This document shows, piece after piece, positions 24,089 through 38,924 of a DNA stretch of 64,000 nt. Location of the stretch: the NCBI RefSeq assembly GCF_009914755.1, contig NC_060931.1; one strand, 5' to 3'. The position numbers and the translations under genes were made by a program. Position 1 is the stretch's first letter; every line of letters starts with the position of its first letter. Below the pieces are notes generated by a model. The model was not told where the DNA came from and did not search any database. It saw nothing but the letters and a program-made list of their open reading frames with translations. The DNA is from the human T2T-CHM13v2.0 reference genome, Homo sapiens.

Positions 24089-24312
24089 CAGGTTGAATAT
24101 CCCTTATCCAAAGTGCTTCAGATTTAAGATTATTAAAAATAAATTTTGGGATATTTACATTGTACTTACCAGTTGAGCATTTCTCATCCAAAAATCTGGA
24201 ATCTGAAATGTTCCAGTGGACATTTCCTTTGAACATCATGTTGACCCTCAAAAAGTTTCAGATTTTGGAGCATTTCAGATTTCGGATTTTTGGATTAGGG
24301 ATACTCAACTTG
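24089..24312. mobile_element. Tigger4/MER46 (Zombi) MITE
   Basis: TIRs caggttgaatatcccttatcca ... ggattagggatactcaacttg, flanked by TA on both sides. Confidence 0.88.
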
Positions 24313-25132
24313 TACAAAGGGACCGCACTTAAAAGCATATTAGAAAAATAATACAACTCAGGACATATAGATTCTCACAGAGTTTCATAAAGCAAAGTTC
24401 GGAGCCACATAATAATAGTATGTTGAATTTATAATTTGCTTTTAAAGCAGCTTAATTACACTGAGCCTGAATTGCCTAGTGCATAACCTACATTATATAT
24501 AGTAAGCACCATCTGCTAGCATGCTAGCAGTCATCAAAGAGAATCATCAAGACACACACCACATTCCAGTAGCACTTAATCTACTTAGGTACTTGTTCAG
24601 GTATTCTTAAACGGTGGTCCAGACCAAAGGAATTTTATAACATTCCTTGTATAACTCCGGAATTTGCAATATTACTGTTGAGAGACTAGAAAATATTGAA
24701 AGTTTGTGTGTAAAAGAGAGCTCATTATAATAAAGATACGTATTCACAAGGTAAGGCGGAAAGTGATTCTTTCCATGGATCTTTTATTACGTGACACAAT
24801 GTACCACAGCAACTAAACTGCTCTTCAGCAGCTCCACCCTCAGCCAGCCTGGACAGAAGGCAGCATGGAGACACACTGGCACAGAGATCAGTGCTCAAGC
24901 GTTGAACCCAGATCTGTGCCTGTGCAAGACAGGGCAGGCATATCTACTATGGAGGAATGTGATAGTGGGTCACAGAAAATACAGTTTGAGTCATGAGAAG
25001 TCACGGGGAGGCTTCCTTATTTCCATTTAGGTTCAGCCTCTAAACCTCTGCCCTGCACACACCCACACAGGTCCCACAGTCTACAAAGGGATAGTTTGTA
25101 TTAGACAAAGAGAAGCAAGCATGTCACAGCGT

Positions 25133-25415
25133 TCATTCGTTGATTACAAATATTTATTTTGTACCTACTTGTTCCAGGTACTCTTCTATGTCTTAAAGAT
25201 AGGAATGACAAAAAAGTTCCCATAGAACTTTCACACTTCTCAGAACTTCACATGACTTAACCCATTTACCGCTCATAAAAATCTGCGTGGAAAGTGCAGT
25301 CATCCCCATTTTATAGATGAGAAAACAGAAGCCTTGAGAATGTAGCATAACTTGTCAGAAACAGCTTACAGACCCATTTCTTAACCATTTTGCTGTTTCT
25401 TAACCATTTTGCTGC
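25133..25415 (-). mobile_element. L2 3' end joined to a MIR fragment
   Basis: ttcattcgttgattacaaatatttattttgtacctact, then catccccattttatagatgagaaaacagaagc. Confidence 0.65.
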
Positions 25416-28400
25416 TTTGTTTGTGGATCCTTGGAATGGAAAGGTATGCTTGGGAAGAATGGGGACAGGGAATTGAGAAGGTGGAAAAACAGCATTTTCT
25501 GCTTAATGTAACAGGCACTGAGCTAGGTGCCACATGAGGATTATCTAATTTTGTTCTGTAACATTTTACAAATGAGGTCAGTTTTCTAAGGATTACAACC
25601 AGTTAAGCCGAAGGATCAGGAATTGTTAGATTTGAAGGGCTTGTGATTTTTCCTTTATACTATACTGCCACAAAAGAGAAAAACAAAACCAGAAAATAAA
25701 CATTTGAAAGCCTATTTTTCAAATTTGTTTCAGTACTTCTTCAACAATCCATGTGTATGTTGTGTGTGTGTGTGTTTATTGAATTGTTTTCTTTATTAAA
25801 ACCATAATTAATTAGTATCCTTCAGAACTGCTATCAGATTTAGTAGCTTAGTGAATGTGTGAATGAAATGAATAGGTATTTCTGGCTTTAAAAAGAATTC
25901 TCATTTTATGTCCAACATGTGTGTTGGCCAGACTTTTCACATCCTTTTTTATTTTTGAGAAAAGAAAAAAAATGATGTGGCAACATCATTTGAAAATTTT
26001 CACATCCTATTTCACAGAAATTTTCAGTCTTTGAGAGTACAAAACATGAATTTTTAAAAAACAATTAAAAATGGACTAATGGTATGACATAACAATATGT
26101 TTTTGTATTTTCAGTTTTTCCCCATGCATCACTGGCACATAGTGACAGATGCAGTCACATAAATGGTAATAATTTCCTTGGCCACATCCCTGCTTGCTGA
26201 TAGAAGAGCTCAGCTCTCTGGATAGAATCCCTCTGGTTTTCCTGGGAACTCCCTCCCCCAGATTGCCCAACACACACTGATGATCAAGTTGGCTTTCCAG
26301 TCCTGGTTCGGCATCTTCTGGGTGCCTCAATGTCTACCAGACCCCTCCAACCTCATGGCATCTGGGGTACTGGAGGCCTTCATGTGTTAAAACTCCTTAG
26401 GTTTCTGCTTCAAATGGGAAAGGCTTCTTTCAGGGTGATCAAAGAAGTGCTGCTCCTCTTCTAAAGTCTTGACTAAGATGTTAGTAAAGGTTCTCTTCTG
26501 ATTTTTTTCTTCTTTTTCCACGTGTCCTATATGAGAGTCCAGCAGGGCTGAAGTAACAGGTAAATCCAAGGAAGAGATGCCATGTTTACTCAGATCTCCT
26601 CTCACCTCCAGTAACCAAAGCTTTCCGTTAAGCTCATTATTCCAGACTATCTTTTCCATCAGAAAAAGAATTTTCTGGGGGCCACCCAGTCCCATTGCAA
26701 ATAGACTTCTGGAGGGTCCACCTTTCCAACTTCATAAACATGCCCCCAAAAGTCCAGTGTACTCTCAGACTCAAATTGAGATACCTCATAGCACGACCTA
26801 ATACCTACCGGAAACTAAACGTTACAAACATTATTCTATTTCATCTTTACAACAACTCCATGAAGAAAAAATATCTCTGTGAGTCAGTTGGGCTAAGAGA
26901 GACTAAGAGACTTGTCTAAGGAAATGGAGAGCAAGGGACAGAAATGAAACATTCATGGCTTCTGAATCCACATTCAAGACTTTCCCCACTGTATCACAGT
27001 GTCTTAAGAAAATCTGACAAACAAATTTTAGCTTTTAAAAAAACATTATCCAAAAATTCTCATTCTTATAAGTCACACAGTGATATTTATGGTAAACTGC
27101 ATATTCAACTAACCCAGAAATTCGAAATTCAGACACAGTAGTATTCAGTTATGCTACTAAAACCAATTGTTTTCATTTTCCCTTTTGGATTGTCATTAGT
27201 TGCATGTGGTAGATAAGACATCAGATTTAGAAAAAAAAGCATTGATTTGATTGATTCCAACTGTAAATCTTAAACGCATTTTTCAATTTATGGGATCATA
27301 GTTGTTCTCCTAGGCCCCTGGGTTATAGTACATAGGCCTCTGGATTACAGTACAATTTCCTATGCAAACCAGGTTATTTCCTGACAGATTTTAAGACTCA
27401 AGATTGGAAAAGATAGAAATTTAAAATATTTCCACTTTCTTCTCAGTGACCAATTAAAATATAAATGTATATAGTGGGATTATTGAATTATATAAGCATT
27501 TATGTCTCAATGAAATAACAATCTATAGCACACTACCACTGAAAAAAAAAGACTGTACCTGTCTCCAGTTACACATTGTATATGATATTAACTGTGTCTC
27601 TGTGAGTGCTCACATACATAAGCACTCCACATGGTTTAGCAGTCAGACAAATGTTTTGTGTGGGTGATCTGAGACTCCATAACATAAACCACTTACTCAA
27701 AAAACCTATTGGTATCTCTCTAAATCTGTGCCAGCTGGACAAGCTAATAGTTATATTGAGAGTTTCTCTTCCCTGGTGCTTATCGCCTACACAATAAGCT
27801 ATTTGACTACCAGAAACTATTTGAGTAGGGAGAGATTTTAGTAGAAATGTTTGCTAAAATGCTAGAGGTCAAAGACATAAGCTTGATTTCAAAATGAGAA
27901 CTAGCATGTTGTGGATTAAAAGTCTACAAAATATTTTAAAATAAAAAATACACACAGACATATATAAATATATTACCTAGATTTGATAGCAAAACTATAA
28001 ATCCATCTCCTCTTGCCATTTTCTTTCCTTACCATATGTGCTTTTTAGCCACAGATGCAGGAGTGTTGGAGCTTCTGGACCTGTGGATAGTGTTTCCATA
28101 CTTTCCTGTTCCTCCTAGTTTATAGGAATTTCACACTTGTCAACATATATCCGCTCCATAAAGGATGTCTGAAGTACAATCATCTTAAGAGAGGTCTTCT
28201 CTCAGAAAGATGTTAAAGCTAGGAGATTTTTGCATATTTTTTGTAATAAGTTATAATGATAAAAATAATAAAATTTATAAAGAACTATACAGTTAAAAAA
28301 TTCACATACATTTTTATATTAATATATGACATTTAATATGTCACATTAATTCTTGCAAACTCCATGTTATAGGTTTTGTTGTCCCTATTTAATGAAAGAG

Positions 28401-28849
28401 AACTATTTCATTCTTTTTTCAAGGTCACAAATGGAAAAAGTGACTCTAGGTCTCATCCTCTTCACTAGATGGTTGTGCAAAGCATGCAAAGTAAACAAGT
28501 ATATACTAGACACAAAATGCTTTGAAATGAACAAATATCCAGAATTTTGTTATTACATAGTTTATCTTTCTTTGCTTTATAAAATTCATTCATCACAGTT
28601 CAGGGATGGTTTGATAAATGTTGAACTCCAAAACCCCATTTTATGGAAAGAAAATTGACTCTGAGAGAGAAAGTGATTTTCTCATTTTCTGCACTCACAA
28701 TTAACAATGAAATTCAAATTGGATTCACATACCAAGTGAAGTGTATTTACCTGGACTTCAGACTAGATATACAACAGAAAGTGAGAAAAAACGATGAATT
28801 GTGCATGATAGGACAAAGGCAGGCAGATTGCATGTATTTTCATAGTTAC

Positions 28850-29245
28850 ATAGAGATGCCAGCTAGCCATCCAAATTCAGGACTTTCTGCCATAGTGTAA
28901 CATTTAGTTGGGAATAGCTGCTGAGTTGGGAATTGCAGTTCCCTTTCCATTTAGTTGAGGCATGAGAGTAGATCTCTCCAATGGTGCCATGAGCAGCAGC
29001 ATGGTCAATGGTGTGTTTTCTCTAAGTTTTCTTCTCCTTCTCTCAACATAGTGTAAAATGAGGCCCCAAGTGAGGGGAGAGCCCTAAAGTGGAAGTCATG
29101 TAGGTCTTTGAATCACCCTGTGAAGAAAAGCAGCCTACTAGGAACACCCAGGTCGGACTGTGGTATAACCGAGAAATAAACTTTTGTTGCAGGCTGTTGA
29201 AACTTTGGAGTTAGTATAGCAACTAGTGTTATTTAACTAATATAA
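28850..29245 (+). mobile_element. MLT1I/J-type MaLR LTR
   Basis: ggtctttgaatcaccctgtgaagaaaagc..gagaaataaacttttgttg..aactaata. Confidence 0.65.
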
Positions 29246-29669
29246 AATTGAACATGTATTTAAGTAAAGAATTAATATCATTAAATGATAGATAAAACTA
29301 TACCCTAAATAAGTTTTAAATTATGAAAGAAAATAAATTATTTTTAAAATTGTAAATATTGCATAAGCTAATGCATATTTCCCTTTTTTAGAGATGATGG
29401 ATAAAAGATTACTTTTTACTAGTTGATATAATTTGTAGATGGAATTCTAGTTGTATAGGCATTATCTCATTATTTAAGGAAGTGATATATAACAAGGATT
29501 CTTTTCTGGTAGCTAATCTAGTTTATAGATGGAACTCTAATTATATAGATACTATTTTATTTTGCTCTGAAATGCACAAACACAACCTTCTGCCAGTACT
29601 ATGTTATTAACCAGAGAAGTGATCTTTAAGCAAATTGGAATTTGGAGAAATCTTGTCACATTTGAAATA

Positions 29670-30862
29670 ATTAACTAATTGACAAATAAGAAAATGTATA
29701 TATTTATGGTATACAATGTGATGTTTCAGTATATGTATACATAGTAGAATGATTAAATCAAGCTAATGAACAAGTTAACATATCCATCACATCACATACA
29801 TATTTTATTTGTGCTGAGAACATTTAAACTCTACTCTAAACAATTTTTAAGTAACTATGTATTATTATTATAGTCACCATGCTGTACAGTAGATCTCCAG
29901 AGCTTATTCTTTCTGTGTAATTGAATACAAATTGTACCCTTTAACCAACATCTTTCAATTATCCATCCCACGTTCCAACTCCCAACCCCTAATAACCATC
30001 ATTCTACTCTCTGCTTCTCTGAGTTCAATATTTTTAGATTCCACATATATGTGAGATCATGTAATATTTGTCTTTCTGTGCCTGACTTATTTCACTAAGC
30101 ATGATGCCCTCCAAGTTCATCCACATTGTCACAAAGAACAAGATTTCCTTCTTTTTTTAAGGCTAAATAGTATTCCATCATGCATGTATGTCACAGTTTA
30201 TTTAGCCATTCATCTGTTGATGGACACTCAGGTTGTTTCCATATATTGGCCATTGTGAATAATGTTGCAGTGAACATGGAAGTGAAGATATCTCTTTGAC
30301 ATATTGATTTTACTTACTTTGGATATATATGCAGAGGTGGGATTGCTAGATCATACAGTAGCTTTATTGTTAATTTTCTGAGGAACTGCCATATTGCCTT
30401 TCATAATGGCTGTACTGATTTATATTCCTACCAACAATGCAAGGATTCCTTTTTCATCACATACTTACCAACATTTATCTTTTTATTTGTAATAAAAGCC
30501 ACCCTCACAGCTGTAAGGTAATATCTTATTGTGGTTTTAATTTGCATTTCCCTGATGGTTAATGATGTTGAGGACCCTTTCATATACCCGTTGGTCTTTT
30601 GGATGTCTTCTTTTGAGAAATGTTTATTCAAGTTTTTGCCCATTTTTGAATTGTGCTATTTGTTTTCTTGCCATTTCATTGTTTGAGTTCCTTTTATAAT
30701 TTGGATATTAACCCATATCAGATATACATTTTGCAGATGTTTTCCTCCCCTTTTTGTAGGTCTCTTCACTCTGTTGATTGTTTCCTTAGCTGTGCAGAAG
30801 CTTTTTAATGTGATGCAATTCCATTTGCCTATTTTTGCTTTTGTTTCTTGTGCTTTTGGAGT
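29670..30862 (-). mobile_element. L1MA-type (approx. L1MA5-7) 3' fragment
   Basis: Antisense L1MA 3'UTR (attgacaaataa..tatggtatacaatgtgatg..atcaagctaat) plus ORF2 C-terminus (ORF 30428-30643, [18 protein letters not shown]). Confidence 0.88.
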
Positions 30863-30944
30863 TTCTTATCACAATTTAAAAGGTATCTCATCATCTCTAG
30901 TTGTGTGTAGATTCATGTTGGATGCATTTATGCGCACATTCCCA

Positions 30945-31170
30945 ATGATGGTGACCAAGAGCCAAGAACAAGAGATAGAGATCTAGTTAAGCATTTTCTA
31001 TCTGTGAGACTTGAACAATTAACTTTACCTCCCTGAGTCTCAGTTTCCTCATTTGTAATATGAGAACAGTAATACCTAGACTATAAGATTTTTGTGACAG
31101 TAAAATGAGATGATACAAATAAAACTATCTTTTTATCCGTAAGTCAAAATTTAAATGTTATTCGTTATTG
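30945..31170 (+). mobile_element. MIR
   Basis: ctccctgagtctcagtttcctcatttgtaatatgag core. Confidence 0.75.
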
Positions 31171-31617
31171 TTATTTATTGGCATTTGGTATTCATGACAA
31201 AAAATAGAAACTCATAGGAAAATTTGGCTTAAATTCAGCAGAAATTCACTTTCTGCAGCAATGCCTGAATATATATATATTTTAAAATATTTCTATGTTT
31301 CACTGAGCTTTTTTCTGTCTTGCAGTGGGTTAAAGGAAAAGGCAAGTTAGTCATCTGAGATGAGCCATACAATGTACTCTTGTAGGTCAAGATGGAGACA
31401 TGTTAATGGAGAAAAGATATCATTTATTTACAAACATTTCAGTTAACTGAAGAGACTCTACGCATAGTCAACTGAACTCAGAGCTTCCAGAGGTCACTGC
31501 GCGTAGGAAAAAAACTAAGTAATCATCAGAATTAATCATACTGACGCCTGTTTGTCTGATATTTTTTAGAATATTGTGGGAAGCTAACAGCAATGAAATT
31601 TGGCAAGCAATTTGGAA

Positions 31618-31619
<2 letters not shown>

Positions 31620-31652
<33 letters not shown>
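31620..31652. repeat. (TG)16 microsatellite
   Basis: Directly visible and uninterrupted. Confidence 0.97.
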
Positions 31653-31655
<3 letters not shown>

Positions 31656-34600
31656 ATAAAATGTGATCTTTAGATGGTACTTCAGCTTTGGCCCAAATCC
31701 CATCCTCTAGAGTCTGGGCAAACCAAGTTTTCAAATACAAGAGATGCCAAACAGCAATTTGTGAAAGGGAAGAGGGTGGTGATAAATTTAGTATTCGTGC
31801 ATGATGTGAAATTTTATAAATTTGTTATCAGTTAGAGAATAACTATACTAGAGAGCTCATAAAAGGTGATATTTGATACCAGAATTTAGGTAGAAGAGAC
31901 GTATTCTCTAAATTTATAACTTGATTTATTAATTGAACACTTACTTAAGTTTTACTCAGAACGCTTCAGGCAAGACACAATATCTGGGTGTCCCTAAGAA
32001 ATCAGAAGATAGGGCTCAAGATTATAAGCCATAGACAGCACCACAGAATGTCTATTAAAAATAAATAAAATGTACAGCTTATTAGGAATTGAAACAAATA
32101 TGGGTAGCCATGGAAATAAAAAATGGTGGTGGTGATACAATGAGTTTTCATTTGGACAGATATTGAAGCTATAATAATGATTGAAGTTTGTTGTATGTCA
32201 AGTAAGAAAATGAAGAAGTCTCAAACGTTCCACACATTATGACAATTACTTGGCATTTGTCTCTATAGGGGCTCTAGAGTTCAGGATTAAAATCCAGTGC
32301 TCCATGGAAACAACTGTTTAGAAGAAAAATTTAGGAAATTAAGTGACAGGAGTCTCACAGTGACATTTGTACAGTATATTCCACAGCACTTAGATGACCC
32401 TCTGCTTTGAAAATGCAGAAAACACAAAGGGTTTGCTGCTCTTATTCCTAGCCACAGTGGAGTAATGGAAGACTTGGATAGAAGGCAATAGATAACAGCT
32501 GCTCAGCTGTCTTGAGTAATTTGAAGTTTAAGTCCTTGCTTGTTTCCCTTTGTCTAAATGTTTCTCTTATTATTAGATCCCATTTTTCAATCTTTTAATC
32601 ATCCTTGTGGCTCTTCTCTAAACTTGCTTCAAATTCTCGAACTTTCTGGTAAATTGTGCAGCTCAGAACTGAACACATTTTTTAAGCCTTCTATAATTAA
32701 AGGTTTTTTGTTTTGTTTTGTTAACAGTTATATAGGTGCTCAAATATTTTAAGTATAATTTTTTAAAGTTTCTCTTGAAAGCAGGAAGTTATAGCATTTT
32801 AACAGTAACCCAATGCAAATACATGGAAGTTTAGTCTTATTTACCCTTGGGCACGATAATGACATACTATTATTTCCCCAATTATATTAAGCCAGTGGTA
32901 GCTTGATTTGGATAGTGACATATTCAGACATACTCAAAGACTGTTTACTAGCCTTTTGTAGTATAATAAACTGGCCTTTCTAAAAAGGTTTTTATACAGT
33001 TAGGTTGATTGAACAATGTTTTTAGAAGTAAAAACAGACATTAGAATTTACTCGTGGAAACAAATAGCATAGTTGTCATCTCTAATTCAGTTTGAATGAC
33101 TGACTTCTATTGAAGGTGTTCTCATGAGCAATGATGCATCCTACTAGTGTATATAAATAGACGATTCAGTTCTTTGGGGCATATTTTTCAGAGCTCAAAA
33201 GTATTCAATTTCTAAATTACACTATATGTTCACCATAAATGCACAAATTTATTCCTTGACTTTAAAGCCTGACATTTTAAGCTTTGTATGAAATACTGTT
33301 GCCTTGAGGGAAAGGAAGGACAGAAATGGGTAGAGGTCAGGATAAATTTTATATGTAGTTTTAGAATTATTTGTCAATGCTAGCCTCTATACCTTCTCAC
33401 TGTAAAAGATTATTTATTTCCCAGAATAAAAGATACTTCTAAAAGGAGATCCCTTTGCATCTTGTAATAATGTACACTTAGAATATATTCTTTTTAATTT
33501 TTTTTAAAGACTAGCACAGTTGTATATTTTAATTAAAGGTACTCCAATTCAGATCTACCTATGCTTATGGCACATGAATATATCTAGAGGACAGAAAATG
33601 AACTTTTAAAACTATTTGATAGATTAGGCAGTAATTATAATCACTGGACTAATCTTGATGTGTTGTTGAAACTTCAGATAACTATTTTTGTGGGATTTGC
33701 TGAGTAAAATAAAAGATCTGAGCATGTTGAATTATACTTTAAATTTCAAAGCTTTTTAAGATAAGAGAAATTCTGAGGTTGGCATGTCCCAAATAATGAG
33801 GTTTGGTGATACCTGTCAAGGCTATGGAGCTCCTGAAGACCAGTTACAATATAGATTTTCACTACTGCTTCTCTATAATGAATAGTTCTGCTCCCTTCCA
33901 AATTTATATTTCATATCACATTTGTTTAACAACTGTTTAAGTGAATCTGGTTTGAGTATGTCTGTTAGATCCAGTTCTTATTAGAACAATGCCTGACATC
34001 TTAGACTAGCATGAGAAAAAAAGGAAAAAAGAACAATGCCTGACAGTTGTTTAGAAACTAAATTCAAAGTATTGAAAAGAAAAGAATTGTTCACACAGTT
34101 ATTCACTGACATGATATTGCTTATTGATGACGTCATGGGCGATATCGTTTCATGATCAAGCATTCCGTCAATGCCAAAAGAAGAAAAATAATATTTTTTT
34201 CAGACTTATAGAAAACTTGAGTTGATATCACTGATTCAGTGTGTTTTTATGAAGATAAATTTCTTGATCTGTCATGCGGCAAATTCAGGATTAGAAATTC
34301 AGCGATTTACTATTAGGTTATATTAAGTGCTTTTTAGGAAGAATTTCAAATAAAGATGAGATTTTAAAAACATGACAGTTGTTGTTCTTTTGCTGTTGTT
34401 TTTAGAGCAAATATTTTTTCTATTTTGTTGATTTGGATTATGTTAATAGATACAGAAAAACAGCAAGAAAAACGAGAACTTCTGTTATTTGAGAGGAAAA
34501 GCAAATTCCTACATCCTTCTGTCTTCAAGTGCTGTCAATCTTCCTTTGAAATATGGGCATAGTAGGTTCTCCCATTTCTGCTTCCAGATTTAGACTCTTT

Positions 34601-35868
34601 TAATCCCTCATGCAGTGTGTCATAATGACTTCCTAATTGTCCTCCCTCCTTTAATGGCTGGCCAGTAATCTTGTGAACAACCTATGCAAGTTTTGCTTTT
34701 TCAAAAAAAAATTAAAATCACTGCTCTTCATTGCATTCATCTATTCATTTCTATAATTTTGTTATTTCAGTAATGTTATATAAGTGGAATCATATACTGT
34801 GTACATTTTTAGGATTTTTTTCACTCATAATTCTCTGAAGGTTTATTCAAGGTGTTGCATGTATTAACAGTTTATTCTTGGCTATTACAGAGTAGTATTT
34901 CACAGAGTTTGTTTAACCATTCCAATTGAAGGGCATCTGAGTTGTTTTCCATTTGAAACTATTACAAATAATGCTATTATGAACATTTATGTACAAGTTT
35001 CTATGTGAACATAATTTTCATTTCTCTGGGATAAGTGCTCAGAGGTGCATAGGATGTGCCATAGGATAGTTACATATATACATATATATATTTTTTTTTT
35101 TAGAAACTGCAAATGTATTTTCTAGAATGACTGAGCTATTTCATATTCTCGCCAGAAATATATGAATGATTCAGTTTCTCCACATCCTCACCAGCATTTA
35201 GTGTTTTTATAATTTTAAAATTGTATTCATTCTGATAGGTGTGTTGTAATATCTCAGTGTGTTTTTAATTTGCACTTTCCTGATGGCTAGCGATATTTAT
35301 CATTTTTATGTACTTATTTGTTATCTGTGTATCCACTTTAATAAAATAACTGTTCATGTCCTTTGCCAATTTTACAATTAAATTCTTTAGGTTCATCTTT
35401 TTTAAAAAAATTTTCCAGTCACGTTTTGAGAGTTCTTTACTTATCCTAGATACTAATCCTTTTGCCTAATATATGCTTCGCAAATATTTTCTCTCAGTCT
35501 GTAGCTTGTTTTTTTTTCATTCTCTTAATAGGATATGATGCAAAGAATACATTTTTAATATTGATAAAGTCTAATTTATTATTTTTTTCTTCTATAAGTC
35601 ATGGTTATAGCTTCAGGTTTAAAAACTCTAGCCCTATATCCCAAAGACATTTTTTTCCTAAAAGTTTTATAATTTTATATTTTACATTTAACTTTGTTAT
35701 TCCTTTCGAGTTCATTTCTATATAAAGTGTAAGGTTTAGGTCAAAGTTCATTATTGGTCCAATTGCTTGTCCAATTTACGTCCAATTGCTTCAGCACCAT
35801 TTTGTGGAAGGCTATTTTTCCTCTATTGAATTATTTTTGTATCTTTGTCATGGAAAGCTGGGTATATT

Positions 35869-36216
<348 letters not shown>

Positions 36217-38372
36217 TTAATTTTCTTAAGTGATTATAAATAAAATTGTGTTTTTGTTTCCAGTGTTTATTGTTAGTGTATAGAAATGCAATTGATTTTT
36301 AAAAATGTATATCTTGTATTTTGTGACCTTGCGGAGCTCACTTTTTAATTTTAGGAGATTTTTTCTTTGCATGATCCATAGGATTTTCTATTTCAATAAT
36401 AATGCCAACTGCACACAGCACAGTTTATCCCTTTTTTTCTCAATTTACATGCCATTATTTCTTTTTCTTGTTTTATTGCACTGGCTAGAACTTTGAGCAC
36501 TATGTTGAATAAGAGTGGTAACAGCAGATAGATGTTGTTGCCTTGTTCCTGATTTTACAGAGCAAGCATTCAATCTTTCATTCTTTATAATTTTAGCTGT
36601 GATATTTTTGTAGATGCTGTTTATCAAGTAGAGAAAGTTATTCTCAATTTTTATTTTTCTGAGAGTTTTTAAAATTATAAACGCATGTTGAATTTTTCAA
36701 AAATCTTTTTCTTCATAGAGTATATGATCATATGCTCTTTCTTCTTTAGGGTGCTCATTTGATGGGTTATATTAATTTATTTTCAAATATTAAAGTAGTC
36801 TTAAACCACTTGGTCATGATGTATAATAAATTCTATTTACTAATATTTTGTTAAAGATTTTTGCATCTATATTCTTGAGGGATATTGGTCTGAAGCTTTC
36901 TTTTGTTTTGTTTGGTACTGTCTTTGGTTTTGATATCAAGGTAATATTAACTTCATACAATGAATTAAGAAGTGTTCTGTTTTCTTCCCTTCAAGAGATT
37001 GTGTAGAATTGGTGTTAAATTTTCTTTAAAAGTTTGGTAGAATTCTCCAGAGAAATTATTTGGCTTGGAGATTAATTTGGGATAGAGATGAGTTTTTAGC
37101 TTATGAATTCAATTTACTTAATATTTAAATATCTGTTCAAATTTTCTATGTCATATTGGATAAATTGTGGTAGTTTTCTGTTTTTTTTTTCCTGAGGAAT
37201 AGTAAAATTTCTTCTAAGTTATTAAATTTAGTTATGCAGAGATGTTTGTAGTATTCACTTACTATCTTTTTGATGTCTTCAGGATCTGTTTTATTCCTGA
37301 TGTTGGCAATTAGAATAATCTTTTTCCTTTTTTGTCAGTCTTGCCAGAAGTTTGTCAGTCTTATTGATCATTCAAAGAAACAGCTTTTCGTTTCTATTTT
37401 TTTTTTGTTTTCATTTCCATTGCTTTTCTGCTCTTATCTTTATTATTGCTTTCCTTGTGCTTACTTTATTTAGATTTACACTGGTCTTCTTTTTATAGAT
37501 TCTTGAGGAGCAAGCTTGAATTACTGATTTGAAGCATTGTCTCTACCCTAATCTAAGTGCTATCTATACATCTGGTGCTATAAATTTCCCTCTTAGTCCT
37601 GCCTACATTTGTCCTCAAAATTTCGGTATGGTGTGTTTTTATTTTCATTCAGTTGAATATATTTCTCGGATTTTTCTTAAATCTTCTTTTTTGGCCAATG
37701 AGTTATTTGGAATTGTGTTGTTCAGTTTTCAAGTCTTTGAGGATTTTTCTTTCTTTCTATTATTGATTTATAGTTTGATTTCCTTGTTATCAGAAAACAT
37801 ACTCTTCATGGTTTCAATTCATATGGCCCAGTATATGGTCTTTCATGGCATACATTTTATGGGTGCTTAAAAAGAATGTATATTCTTCTGTTGTTGTGTC
37901 CTATAAAAGTCTATTAGATTCATTTAGTTAAGAGTGTTTTAATCTTCTATAATCTTGTTGATTTTCTGTCTAGTTGTTCTATCAGTTGTTGGATAGGGGT
38001 GTTGAAATTTCCAACTTTAGTCGTGGAGTTGTATAGTTTTCCTTTTAGTGATATTGCTTTTCATTTCACATCTTTTGCATCTTGGTTGTTTGATACGTAT
38101 ACTTTTATAATTGCTATGTCTTCTTGGTAGATTGACCCTTTTGTCATTATATGGTGTCTTACTCTAATTCTTTTGTTTTCTCTGTTCTATTTAATCTGAT
38201 ACTATAATAGAAGCTATTGCCACTGTCTTTTTATTAATATTTCCATAATATATCTTCTTTATCTTTTTACTTTAATCAGCTTGCATTGTTTTATTAATAT
38301 TTGAAGTAAGATTCTTGTAGAAACTATATTTGGGTGGTATTTTAAAATCTGCTTTGCCAATCTTTGTCTTCC

Positions 38373-38924
<552 letters not shown>

